Source: Elusimicrobiota bacterium | Lineage (GTDB): Bacteria > Elusimicrobiota > Elusimicrobia > UBA1565 > UBA9628 | Direction of reading: 5' to 3' | Length of the DNA: 48,416 nt | Assembly (NCBI GenBank): GCA_043783505.1 | Contig: JAYVZL010000361.1 | Location: forward strand, 1-48,416 | Shown: positions 35,475 through 44,046 of the stretch, one piece after another | Numbering within the stretch: position 1 is the first letter of the stretch | How the letters are laid out: each line of letters begins with the position of its first letter | Position numbers and translations under genes: made by a program | The notes under the pieces: generated by a model | Database searches by the model: none | Told to the model about the DNA's origin: nothing | Seen by the model: only the letters and a program-made list of their open reading frames with translations

Positions 35475-36944
35475 CTAAAGTTTATTATCGAGGGGAAAGA
35501 TAATCAGCTTCCCGTCGTCCCAAACCGGCGCGCCCTTCGCGCGGAAGCGGCGCCACAGGGCGCCCTCGGGCTCAGCGAAAATGCCGCGCTTTTCCGAGGC
35601 GATGAAACGCGCCCCATGGTCCGCGGCCCAATTGATCTTTCCCTCGGCGAGCTCGGGATGCAAGGCGAACTCATCGGACCAGCCTCGCCGGTCAAGGTAA
35701 TACAGCAGGATCGAGGCGGCCTGGCAGTTGGTCATGAACAAGTCGGAGGGAGCGCTCACGGTCGCCGCCGCTTTGCCCGCATTGGCGAGATAAGTGTAGC
35801 CTTGGCGATACCAGTGGCCGATGCGCAGGGCCGCGTGCACGGGGACCGATAGGACGAGGAGGACGAGGCCGGCCAGGGCCCAGGAGCGGCGGGAGCGAGA
35901 CACGCCGGCGACGCGCGCGCGCAGAAGCGCGACGCCGACGCCGATAAAGCCCGCGACGACAGGGGCCATGGGCAGGGCCGTGTACTCGTGGTAGTGCGCG
36001 TAGCCGCCCATCGCGAACAGGTGCAGGGCGACGCCCCCCAGCCAGCTCATCCAGAATATGTCGCGACGGCGCCCCAGGATCTCGCGTACGCCGACGGCGA
36101 ACAGAGCCAGCCCGCCGTAAGTCGTGGTGACCTCGGGGAAGCGAGAGGTGATCTGAAAGAAGATGAAGTAGAGCACACGGTCGTAGGCCAACAGCTTCGT
36201 GTACTCGTCGCCGCGCGTGGGCACGACGTAGAGCCCGGTGCGCGCCCAGAGATACCAGGCGATCACGCCGCCCATCGCCGTCAATCCAGCCAGCCACATC
36301 CGCCAATCCAGGAACGTTCGGCGGCCCAAGCGCCGCCAGGTCAGGCCCGCCAACGGCACGAGCAGATGCGTGTAGGGAAGCTTGAGCCCGGCCGCGATAA
36401 ACGCGCAGAACACGGCCACCGCCCAGGCGCCCCACGGTCTTCCGGGGCCCAGCGAGCGTTCCCAGAAGAAGAGAGAGGAGACCAGAGCCAGCAGTGCGAC
36501 CGCCTCGGGCTGGACGGTTCGGCCGAAATAGACTTCGATCGGCAGGACCGTGAACAGTGCCGCACCCCACAGCGCCTGCTCCCGACCGAATTCGCGCTCA
36601 AAAAACGCAAACAGGAGTAGCGTGGTGAGCGCTGAGGCCAGCACGGAGATCAGCCGGCCCCACTTCTCGCCCCAACCGAAGACGGGCCACAGCTTGCCGT
36701 ATAGCCACATGTAAACGGGCATCTCGGTGGCGGCCAACTTGTCCTCGGGGCCTTCCCAATCGATGCGCGGTCGATAGATCGCACGCGCCTCGCGCGCGTA
36801 ATTTCGCGCGATTGAGGCGGTGTTGACCTGTCGATGAAAGTGGTAATCGAGCAAGGGCGCCCACAGGCCTTTGGAGTGGACGAAAAGGGATAGGAGCCCG
36901 ACCAAGGCGAAGCACAGGCCCCGCCGCCGGAGCAGAAATCCCAT
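35475..36944 (-). CDS. GT-C glycosyltransferase, family 39/83 (ArnT/PMT_2-like)
   Basis: Polytopic. The N-terminal loop HFHRQVNTASIARNYA...WEGPEDKLAATEMPVYMW is typical of ArnT-like proteins. The ATG at 36944 overlaps the upstream stop as TGATG. The GTG at 36947 is an alternative start. Confidence 0.6.
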   Translation of the reverse strand: MGFLLRRRGLCFALVGLLSLFVHSKGLWAPLLDYHFHRQVNTASIARNYAREARAIYRPRIDWEGPEDKLAATEMPVYMWLYGKLWPVFGWGEKWGRLISVLASALTTLLLFAFFEREFGREQALWGAALFTVLPIEVYFGRTVQPEAVALLALVSSLFFWERSLGPGRPWGAWAVAVFCAFIAAGLKLPYTHLLVPLAGLTWRRLGRRTFLDWRMWLAGLTAMGGVIAWYLWARTGLYVVPTRGDEYTKLLAYDRVLYFIFFQITSRFPEVTTTYGGLALFAVGVREILGRRRDIFWMSWLGGVALHLFAMGGYAHYHEYTALPMAPVVAGFIGVGVALLRARVAGVSRSRRSWALAGLVLLVLSVPVHAALRIGHWYRQGYTYLANAGKAAATVSAPSDLFMTNCQAASILLYYLDRRGWSDEFALHPELAEGKINWAADHGARFIASEKRGIFAEPEGALWRRFRAKGAPVWDDGKLIIFPLDNKL

Positions 36945-37939
36945 CACTCTTTGAATGCGTACATCTCGAAAGTGCCGCCGGAGCGCAGGACGGTCTCGAG
37001 AACAGTCGCGACCAAAGTCAGCGGCGCGAAGATAGGGAGAAGCAGGACGATTATCAGGCTTTGGAACGGGTAACGCCAGGCCGCGTCGGTGCGCGCGCTG
37101 GAGTCCTTGAGCAGGGAGTAAAGCAGGTTGAAGCGAAGCCCTAAGGCGTTGTAAATGCTTTGCAGGAGCCCGTACGGGTTCTGCTCGAAGCTGAAATAGT
37201 CGAGCTGCACGACGCGCAGATGGTGGCGGGTGAGGACCGCCTCGAGCGCCTTGGGCCCGAAGTGGAAATAGTGCCGCGGCACGTCGAGATGGAACCAGAA
37301 ACGGCCGAACACCCGCGCCTGCCAGCTGTCGTAGTTGGGCACCGCGACGGCGAGCACGCCGCCGGGCTTGAGCAGCTCGTAAGCGCGAGCGATCGCCGAC
37401 ACCGGGTTGGCGAAATGCTCGAGCGAGTGCCAGAAGATCACCGCGTTGTAGCGGTCCTTCTCGTGCGGCGAGGTCAGGAAGTCGCCCGTGGCCACTTCAA
37501 GCCCGAGAGTGTTGCGCGCGTGCCAGGCGGCTGTTTCCGAGAGCTCCAGGCCGTGGGCCTCATAGCCGAGCTCGCGCAGATAAGAGAGCATCATCCCGCG
37601 CCCGCAGCCCACGTCGAGCACGGGCCCGCGCGGCACGCGGTTGTGAAGCACGCCCGCCCGGCGTTTGCGGAACCAGCGCACCATCTTCTCGAAAAGCGGG
37701 TTGAAGCGGACGTTCGCCTTGCCGTAGTACTGCTCGGGATACCAGGCGCCGATCTGCTCTCCGGGGACCGGCGGCCAGGTTCGCCCCAACCCGCAGTCCG
37801 GGCAGGCCAGAACCTCGAAGCCGCTTTCCACCGTGGGGCGCACGGTTTCCGGCCCGTCGTGGCCGCAGGCGGGGCAGCGCGTCGGGCGCTTATTCTGGTC
37901 GTGCAGCTCGGGCTGGAAGCGGGGCGCGGAAGTTATCAT
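36944..37939 (-). CDS. Class I SAM-dependent methyltransferase with an N-terminal zinc ribbon and a C-terminal TM helix
   Basis: CPACG...CPDCG. Motif I VLDVGCGRG. LKPGGVLAV. C-terminal SLIIVLLLPIFAPLTLVATVL. Start taken at 37939, because the ATG at 37969 would collide with the divergent htrA start. Confidence 0.75.
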   Translation of the reverse strand: MITSAPRFQPELHDQNKRPTRCPACGHDGPETVRPTVESGFEVLACPDCGLGRTWPPVPGEQIGAWYPEQYYGKANVRFNPLFEKMVRWFRKRRAGVLHNRVPRGPVLDVGCGRGMMLSYLRELGYEAHGLELSETAAWHARNTLGLEVATGDFLTSPHEKDRYNAVIFWHSLEHFANPVSAIARAYELLKPGGVLAVAVPNYDSWQARVFGRFWFHLDVPRHYFHFGPKALEAVLTRHHLRVVQLDYFSFEQNPYGLLQSIYNALGLRFNLLYSLLKDSSARTDAAWRYPFQSLIIVLLLPIFAPLTLVATVLETVLRSGGTFEMYAFKE

Positions 37940-37967
37940 CGAGCTGTAATTATATAAAATCGAATTC

Positions 37968-39002
37968 ATGAACACGGCTCTTCGGACGTCTTTATTCCTG
38001 CTTTTGGCCGCGGCCCGGGCCGCGGCCGCGCTGCTTCCCGATGAGGAGAACACGATCAAGGTGTTCAAGGAGAACGCCGCCTCCGTCGTCTACGTCACCA
38101 ACGTGGCCATCACCCAGAACGCGTACATGGACGAGTTCGCCATCCCCCAGGGATCGGGCTCGGGCTACGTGTGGGACGAGAAAGGCCACATCGTCACCAA
38201 TTTCCACGTCGTCCAGGGCGGAGACGCCTTTCTTGTGACCCTTCAGGACCAGACCCAGCTCGAGGCGCGGCTAATCGGCACCGATCCGACCAAGGACATC
38301 GCCGTGTTGGAGGTGACCAAGGAGCTCAAGAAGCTCAAGCCCGTCAAACTCAGCTCCTCCGACGTCCTCCAGGTCGGTCAAAAGACCATCGCCATCGGCA
38401 ATCCTTTCGGCCTCGACCATACGCTGACGACGGGCGTGATCTCAGCGCTCGGGCGCGAGGTCCAGGGCGTGAGCGGCGTGACCATCCGCGACATGATCCA
38501 GACAGACGCGGCCATCAACCCGGGAAACTCCGGCGGCCCGCTGCTCGATTCCGACGGCAACCTCATCGGCATGAACACCATGATCTTCAGCCGCACGGGT
38601 GCTAGCTCGGGCATCGGTTTCGCCGTGCCGGTCACCTTCATCAAGAGACTGGTGCCCCAGCTCATCGAATTCGGGAAAGTGGTCCGCCCGGGCATGGGTG
38701 TCAGCATCCTCAACGGCGGGCAAAAATTCTATCTGCTCGGAGACCAGCCCGGCGTGGTGATCAACGCCGTCTCGGCCGGTAGTCCGGCCGCGAAGGCGGG
38801 CCTGCGCGGCCTGAGGCGCCAGCCGGGCGGGCGCGTCGTCCTAGGCGACGTCATCGTCGGCATCGACTCCTTTAAGATCGTCGACTTCGACGATCTTTAC
38901 AACGCCTTCGACCGCTACAAGGCGGGCGACGTCGTGACCGTGAAAGTCCTACGCGGCGGCAAGACGGTGTCGCTGCGCGTGACGCTCGTCAACATCCAGT
39001 AG
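37968..39002 (+). CDS. HtrA/DegP-family serine protease with a PDZ domain (second copy)
   Basis: Signal peptide. Catalytic contexts present: TNFHVV, DIAVLEV and GNSGGPLLD. C-terminal PDZ. Confidence 0.85.
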   Translation: MNTALRTSLFLLLAAARAAAALLPDEENTIKVFKENAASVVYVTNVAITQNAYMDEFAIPQGSGSGYVWDEKGHIVTNFHVVQGGDAFLVTLQDQTQLEARLIGTDPTKDIAVLEVTKELKKLKPVKLSSSDVLQVGQKTIAIGNPFGLDHTLTTGVISALGREVQGVSGVTIRDMIQTDAAINPGNSGGPLLDSDGNLIGMNTMIFSRTGASSGIGFAVPVTFIKRLVPQLIEFGKVVRPGMGVSILNGGQKFYLLGDQPGVVINAVSAGSPAAKAGLRGLRRQPGGRVVLGDVIVGIDSFKIVDFDDLYNAFDRYKAGDVVTVKVLRGGKTVSLRVTLVNIQ

Positions 39003-40383
39003 CCGCGATCTCGGCGTACAAATACACGGCCGAGGCGATGGCTTTTTTGAACATGCCCAGATGCAGGCTCTCGTTCTCAGAGTGCGGGTTGGAAAGAGGG
39101 TCCTCGACGCCGATGAGCAGGGCGGGCGCGCCCTTGAGCGCCTTGGCGAACGGCCCCACGAACGGGATCGAGCCCCCGCAGCCCATGTCCACGGCCGGCT
39201 TGCCGTAGCCTTTTTGGAGCGCGCGTCGCGCGGCGGCGAAAGCGGGCGCGTCGGTGTCGGTGGTCCACGAGGGGTTCGCCGTCTCGCCGGAGAACTCCAC
39301 GGACACGCCCCAGGGCGCGTTCTTCTTGAGATGCTTCTTGAGCGCGTCGAGCGTCTTGTCCGGGTTCATGCCCGGCACGACGCGGATGCCCATGTGGGCC
39401 CAAGCCGAGTCGTTGATGATATTGGCGCAATCTTTCTTAGACGAAGCCTGGATCGCGTTGACCGAGAACGAAGGTTGATACCAGTTTGAACGCAGAAGGT
39501 CCTTGGACGCGGCCATGAGCTTGGTCTTGGAGAAAATGCCGGACTGCGCGCGAAAGGTTTTTTCCGAATACTTGAGGACTTTCAGGCTGGCCTCGGCGGC
39601 TTTGCCCGGCTTCTGGATCCCTTTGTAGACGCCGGGGATCAGCATGCGGCCCTTGGCGTCCACGCAGGACGAGATCATCTTGGCCAGCGCCTGCACCGGA
39701 TCGGCGACCGCGCCGCCCCACATGCCCGAGTGCAGGGGATGGTCCATCGAGCGCACGGTCACGTCGAGGGCCACGATGCCGCGCAGGGCCACGGTAATAG
39801 AAGGGGTGTCGTGGTCAAAATTGCCGGTGTCGGTGAGCACGATCGCGTCGGCCATGACCTTTGACGCGTACTTCTGAAGGAAGGGCTCCAGATGGTCCGA
39901 GCCGCACTCCTCCTCGCCTTCGATGATCAACTTCACGTTGACGGGCAAAGAGCCATGTGTCTTTAACCAGGCGGCGATGGCACTGGTGTGCGCGACGGCG
40001 CCGGCCTTGTCGTCGGCGCAGCCGCGGCCGAACAGGCGGCCGTCGCGCTCGGTGGGCTCAAAGGGCGGCGACTTCCACAATTCCGCGCGGCCGGCGGGCT
40101 GGACGTCGTGGTGCGCGTACAGCAGAAGCGTGGGCTTGCCCGGGGCGTGCAGCCAGTCCGCGTACACGTAAGGGTGCGCGCCGGGAAGCGTCAGTATCTC
40201 GACGTTCTCCAGGCCGCGGACCCGGCACAGGGCGGCGACCGCCTCGGCGGAGCGTACGACCTCTTTCGGGTCGAAGCCGGGGAAGGAGACGCTGGGAATG
40301 CGGGCCAAGGTCTTAAGATCCTCGAGAAATTCGCCGTAGTGCTCGTCGGCGTATTGGACGGCTTTATCGGTGTTGACGCTCAT
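38989..40383 (-). CDS. M20-family dipeptidase (ArgE/DapE/ACY1/CPG2 clan)
   Basis: LLYAHHDVQP...GRGCADDKAG...IEGEEECGS. Trimmed to the ATG at 40383. Confidence 0.85.
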   Translation of the reverse strand: MSVNTDKAVQYADEHYGEFLEDLKTLARIPSVSFPGFDPKEVVRSAEAVAALCRVRGLENVEILTLPGAHPYVYADWLHAPGKPTLLLYAHHDVQPAGRAELWKSPPFEPTERDGRLFGRGCADDKAGAVAHTSAIAAWLKTHGSLPVNVKLIIEGEEECGSDHLEPFLQKYASKVMADAIVLTDTGNFDHDTPSITVALRGIVALDVTVRSMDHPLHSGMWGGAVADPVQALAKMISSCVDAKGRMLIPGVYKGIQKPGKAAEASLKVLKYSEKTFRAQSGIFSKTKLMAASKDLLRSNWYQPSFSVNAIQASSKKDCANIINDSAWAHMGIRVVPGMNPDKTLDALKKHLKKNAPWGVSVEFSGETANPSWTTDTDAPAFAAARRALQKGYGKPAVDMGCGGSIPFVGPFAKALKGAPALLIGVEDPLSNPHSENESLHLGMFKKAIASAVYLYAEIAATGC

Positions 40384-40420
40384 GGGCCCGATCATACCAA
40401 AGTTGGTAGAATCGACCGAG

Positions 40421-41503
40421 ATGCTCATCCTGCCGCGCTATGTCATGCGCCTATTCTTTCCGATCTTCGGCGCGTGCGCGGCTCTTTTTCTCGGCGTGCT
40501 GATGATGAATCAGTTCCTGCGGCTGTTCTCGTTGGCCATGATGAAGGGCATCCCTGCCTGGTGGATATTGACGTGCTTTGCGCGCCTGCTGCCGTCCTTG
40601 GCGGCTTTGGCCATGCCCATGTCTTACCTGGTCGCGGCGATGGTGGTCCTAGGGCAGTTGACGGACTCCGGCGAGATCATGGCCCTGCGCGCAAGCGGAT
40701 TCTCCTACCGCGAGATCACCCGGCCCTTGCTTTGGATCGCGCTGGGCCTATCGGCGCTTCTGCTCGTCGTCAACCATAAGGCGGGGCCGGAGGGGTATCA
40801 CTCCTTCAAGAAGCGGACGACCGAGGCGGCGCAAAAAGTCGCCCATGTGGAGGTGGGGCCGCGCTCGTTCACCGAGCTTGGTCCTTGGCGGCTGTATGCC
40901 CGCGATTCGGACAAGGAAACGGGGCGTTTGGAAGGCGTCTATCTCGTCAAGCCGGGCAAGAAGCAGGGAATGCGCATCAACGCCGAAAACGGGACGCTGA
41001 GTACGGTGCCCGAGCGAGGGGTCTCCTTGGAGCTCTTTGACGGGCAGTTTCAGCTTCCCAACGATGATCCGGAGCGCTTTACCAGCGGCCGCTTCGAGCG
41101 CTACCGCGTGTTCGTACCCTTGTCCGCGCCCTTGATAGAGCGCCCAATGGACATGCAGGAGATGAGCACCTCGCGCCTGCGCGAAAGGGTCGCCGATCCC
41201 GCGACCAAGGAAGACCGCCGTCTTGAGTATCGCGTGGAAACGGCCGTCCGCAGCGCGGGTGCGCTGTCGCCGTTCGTCTTCTTTTGGGTCGGCGTTCCCC
41301 TGGGTCTGGGCCTCAAGCGCGGCGCGCGGGGGGCGGACTTCGCCGTCAGTTTGGGCGTGATGTTCGTCTTTTACGGCCTGCTGGTCCTGGGCGTCAGCTT
41401 GGGCCGTCAGCACTCGTCTTTGGCCTCGGTGGCTCCGTGGTTGAGCAACTGCGTGGGTTTTGTCGCCGGCTTGTGGCTGACGCGGCGGGCGGCGGCGCAA
41501 TGA
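40421..41503 (+). CDS. LptF/LptG-family (YjgP/YjgQ) LPS export permease, first of the pair
   Basis: MLILPRYVMRLFFPIF...SGEIMALRASGFSY. Six-TM layout with a periplasmic insert. Confidence 0.8.
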   Translation: MLILPRYVMRLFFPIFGACAALFLGVLMMNQFLRLFSLAMMKGIPAWWILTCFARLLPSLAALAMPMSYLVAAMVVLGQLTDSGEIMALRASGFSYREITRPLLWIALGLSALLLVVNHKAGPEGYHSFKKRTTEAAQKVAHVEVGPRSFTELGPWRLYARDSDKETGRLEGVYLVKPGKKQGMRINAENGTLSTVPERGVSLELFDGQFQLPNDDPERFTSGRFERYRVFVPLSAPLIERPMDMQEMSTSRLRERVADPATKEDRRLEYRVETAVRSAGALSPFVFFWVGVPLGLGLKRGARGADFAVSLGVMFVFYGLLVLGVSLGRQHSSLASVAPWLSNCVGFVAGLWLTRRAAAQ

Positions 41504-42573
41504 AGATTTACACGCGCTACATGATGGGGCGGTTCTTCCAGCCATTTCTCTTTGGTCTCGGGATCTTCGTGGTGCTCATCTTCTTGGGCGACACGTTCGA
41601 CAAGATGAACAACATCATGCGCTCGAAGGCGCCCTTTTTGATCATTCTCGAGTGCCTGTGGCTGGGCGTGCCGTATTGGGCGGTGCGCGTGATCCCGATG
41701 GCGACCTTGCTGGCGACGTTGATGGCGATCAGCGGCTTCGTGCAAAGCGGGGAGTGGCTGGCCACGCAGTCATGCGGCATCGAGACGAAGCGTTTTTGGA
41801 TCCCGGTGCTCTATTGCGCGTTTGCGATATCGGTCCTGGCCTTTGTTGCACAGGAGACGGTGATGCCCGCGGCGTGGGCGCGCTCGCGCCGGCTGTGGCG
41901 CGAGCGGGTCCACACCGAATGGGAGTGGAATAAATACGAGAACGTGGCCCTGCTCGGGGGCCCCGATCAATTCGTCCAGACCTGGCTGTTTCTGCCCAAG
42001 GACGGCAAGCTCGAGCGGCCCATCTTCGAGACGATCGGCGCGCTCGGCGTCAACCGCCAGCTCGACGCCAAATACGCGTTATGGAACCAAGCCCAAAACC
42101 GCTGGATTTTTTACGAGGGGGTGGAAAGGGTTTTCGGCCCGCAGGGCGTGGTGGAGACCTCGTTTTCCACGATGGTCTCCGAGCTGGCCACTCCTCCCCT
42201 GGCTTTGGTGCCGCGGGCCACGAGTCCCGATGAGCTGACGATGCGTGAGGCGTTTAGCTACGCGCGCAGCGTTGGGCGATTCGGCGGGTCGCCTCGCGAG
42301 TATGTCGTCGCGGCCCATGCCAAGCTCGCCTATCCCTTCACCAGCCTGGTGATCGCCGCCTTGGGCATCCCCATCGCGTTGAGGCTGCGCCGGTCCTCGC
42401 GCGTGGTCAGCTTCTGCGCGGCTCTAGCCCTGTCCTTCGTCTTCCTGTGGACGATGGAGATCGGACGCACGCTCGGCGTCAGCGGCCGATTGCCGGCGTT
42501 CGCGGCGGCGTGGATGGCCAACGCCTGCTTCGGCCTCATCGCCTTGACCTTGATCCGCCGATGGGATCTGTAA
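41500..42573 (+). CDS. LptF/LptG-family LPS export permease, second of the pair
   Basis: ATGA overlap with the first permease. MKIYTRYMMGRFFQPFLFGL...SGEWLATQSCGIE. Confidence 0.8.
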   Translation: MKIYTRYMMGRFFQPFLFGLGIFVVLIFLGDTFDKMNNIMRSKAPFLIILECLWLGVPYWAVRVIPMATLLATLMAISGFVQSGEWLATQSCGIETKRFWIPVLYCAFAISVLAFVAQETVMPAAWARSRRLWRERVHTEWEWNKYENVALLGGPDQFVQTWLFLPKDGKLERPIFETIGALGVNRQLDAKYALWNQAQNRWIFYEGVERVFGPQGVVETSFSTMVSELATPPLALVPRATSPDELTMREAFSYARSVGRFGGSPREYVVAAHAKLAYPFTSLVIAALGIPIALRLRRSSRVVSFCAALALSFVFLWTMEIGRTLGVSGRLPAFAAAWMANACFGLIALTLIRRWDL

Positions 42574-42576
42574 GCT

Positions 42577-43962
42577 TTACTTTTTCGTTGGCTCGGGCGC
42601 GGGGGTAGCCGCGGGCGCAACGGGTTTTGCCGTCTGGGCGTCGAGCTCCTTCTGGGCTTTCTCGGAGGCCTCGCGAACCTTCTCGGTCGAAGCCGGCTGT
42701 TCGTCCGAGCCGCGCATCTCGCGGGACTCATCGGAGCCGCCGAATAGGACGCTGAGCTGAAGTGCTACAGCCGCTTCGCGCGGCACCTTCGTTTCCTTGC
42801 CCTGGCTTTGGGTGACGACACGCTTGGGGCTCAGCGCGGCGGAGGCGTCGAAGAGCACGTGCAGGAAGTTGAGGCCCGCGCCGGCGGTCAGCATCGTGCC
42901 CGACCCGCTTTCGGCGAGGTTGCGCATCAATCCGACGCGCAGGGGGATGTTGATCCAGGAGCGGTTGAACACGTTGAACTCGTTGCCCACTCCGAACTGG
43001 CGGCTGGCCACGTTGTCGACGGGCGTCAGATTGCGGGTCAGGTCGAGGTCGCTGGTGATGTTCCACCAGTTGAAGGGGGTGATCGACGCGCCCATGCGCA
43101 CCTGGCCGTTGACGGCGTAATCGTTCTTCGCGCCGGCGGCCGTGGCCGTGGCAGGCTGCTTGAAGGTGGGGTTATTAAGGTTGCGTCCGACGAGACCGAC
43201 GCGGGGATGGAGCACGGCACCATCGAAGGTCCGGGTGATGTCCCAGAGCACGCCCACGTCCACGCCCACGTTGCTGCTTTTCGCGGCCCCATCCTTGAAC
43301 TTGCTGAGCATGTTGCTGTCGCTGTTGTCGTTGCGGAGCACGTAGTAGTCGTAGTAGCCGACCTGGGCGGTCATGAGCTTGAGGTTTCCGCCCAGGTACA
43401 GCCCGGGAGCAAAGGACATTTCCCGGCCGTAGCCGACGCCGAGTTCAAGGACTTGAGCGCCTTTGAGGGTGAGTTTGGAGTTGTTCGTGCCGGCGACGAT
43501 CGCGGCTTGACCGCTGTTGACCAGGTCGACCGTGGGGACCGCGCCCATGTCCAGGTAGCTGTTGGTAAATAGCGCGACTTTGCCGATCTTGACGTTGAGG
43601 CCGGCGTCTACGCCCACGCGCACGCCGTTGCCGGGCTGGTTGAGCTTGGCCAAGGCCGTGTCGATCTGGGCTTGGGTGGGGGCAGTCGAGCTGTCTTTGA
43701 GGGCCTTCAGGTCGTTGCCCCCCTCTATGACCGAGCCGGTGACGGCGGCGCGCACGCCGATGGGCAGCTGCATGCCGTAGGCGTTGGCGGTCGGGCGTCC
43801 GAGCGCGGCCGGATTCCAGTAAGCGGCTATCGGCCCCTGCGCGGCGGCGACCCCCGCTCCTCCCATGCCCATGGCGCGCGGGCCCACGGTGTGCCATTCC
43901 AGGGCGCGAGCGGGTGCGGCGGCGATCAGCAGCACGACGAGGAAGGAGAGAAATTTTTTCAT
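42577..43962 (-). CDS. Outer-membrane beta-barrel protein, TraF-like, with a Lys/Glu/Pro-rich C-terminal tail
   Basis: Signal peptide MKKFLSFLVVLLIAAAPARA. N-terminal GPRAMGMGGAGVAAAQGPIAAYWNPAAL motif. Alternating beta-strand pattern. Alternative start at the ATG at 43980. Confidence 0.55.
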   Translation of the reverse strand: MKKFLSFLVVLLIAAAPARALEWHTVGPRAMGMGGAGVAAAQGPIAAYWNPAALGRPTANAYGMQLPIGVRAAVTGSVIEGGNDLKALKDSSTAPTQAQIDTALAKLNQPGNGVRVGVDAGLNVKIGKVALFTNSYLDMGAVPTVDLVNSGQAAIVAGTNNSKLTLKGAQVLELGVGYGREMSFAPGLYLGGNLKLMTAQVGYYDYYVLRNDNSDSNMLSKFKDGAAKSSNVGVDVGVLWDITRTFDGAVLHPRVGLVGRNLNNPTFKQPATATAAGAKNDYAVNGQVRMGASITPFNWWNITSDLDLTRNLTPVDNVASRQFGVGNEFNVFNRSWINIPLRVGLMRNLAESGSGTMLTAGAGLNFLHVLFDASAALSPKRVVTQSQGKETKVPREAAVALQLSVLFGGSDESREMRGSDEQPASTEKVREASEKAQKELDAQTAKPVAPAATPAPEPTKK

Positions 43963-43991
43963 GACGGAAGTATGCCACATATCTGACGGGC

Positions 43992-44027
43992 AAAAAAAGG
44001 CCGGGCGGCCCCGAAGGACCGCCCGGC
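43992..44027 (-). terminator. Rho-independent terminator after the metalloprotease operon
   Basis: The minus strand reads GCCGGGCGGTCC-TTCG-GGGCCGCCCGGC followed by CTTTTTTTG. It lies 19 nt after the stop at 44047. Confidence 0.75.
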
Positions 44028-44046
44028 TGCTGCCGACAGCGGAACC

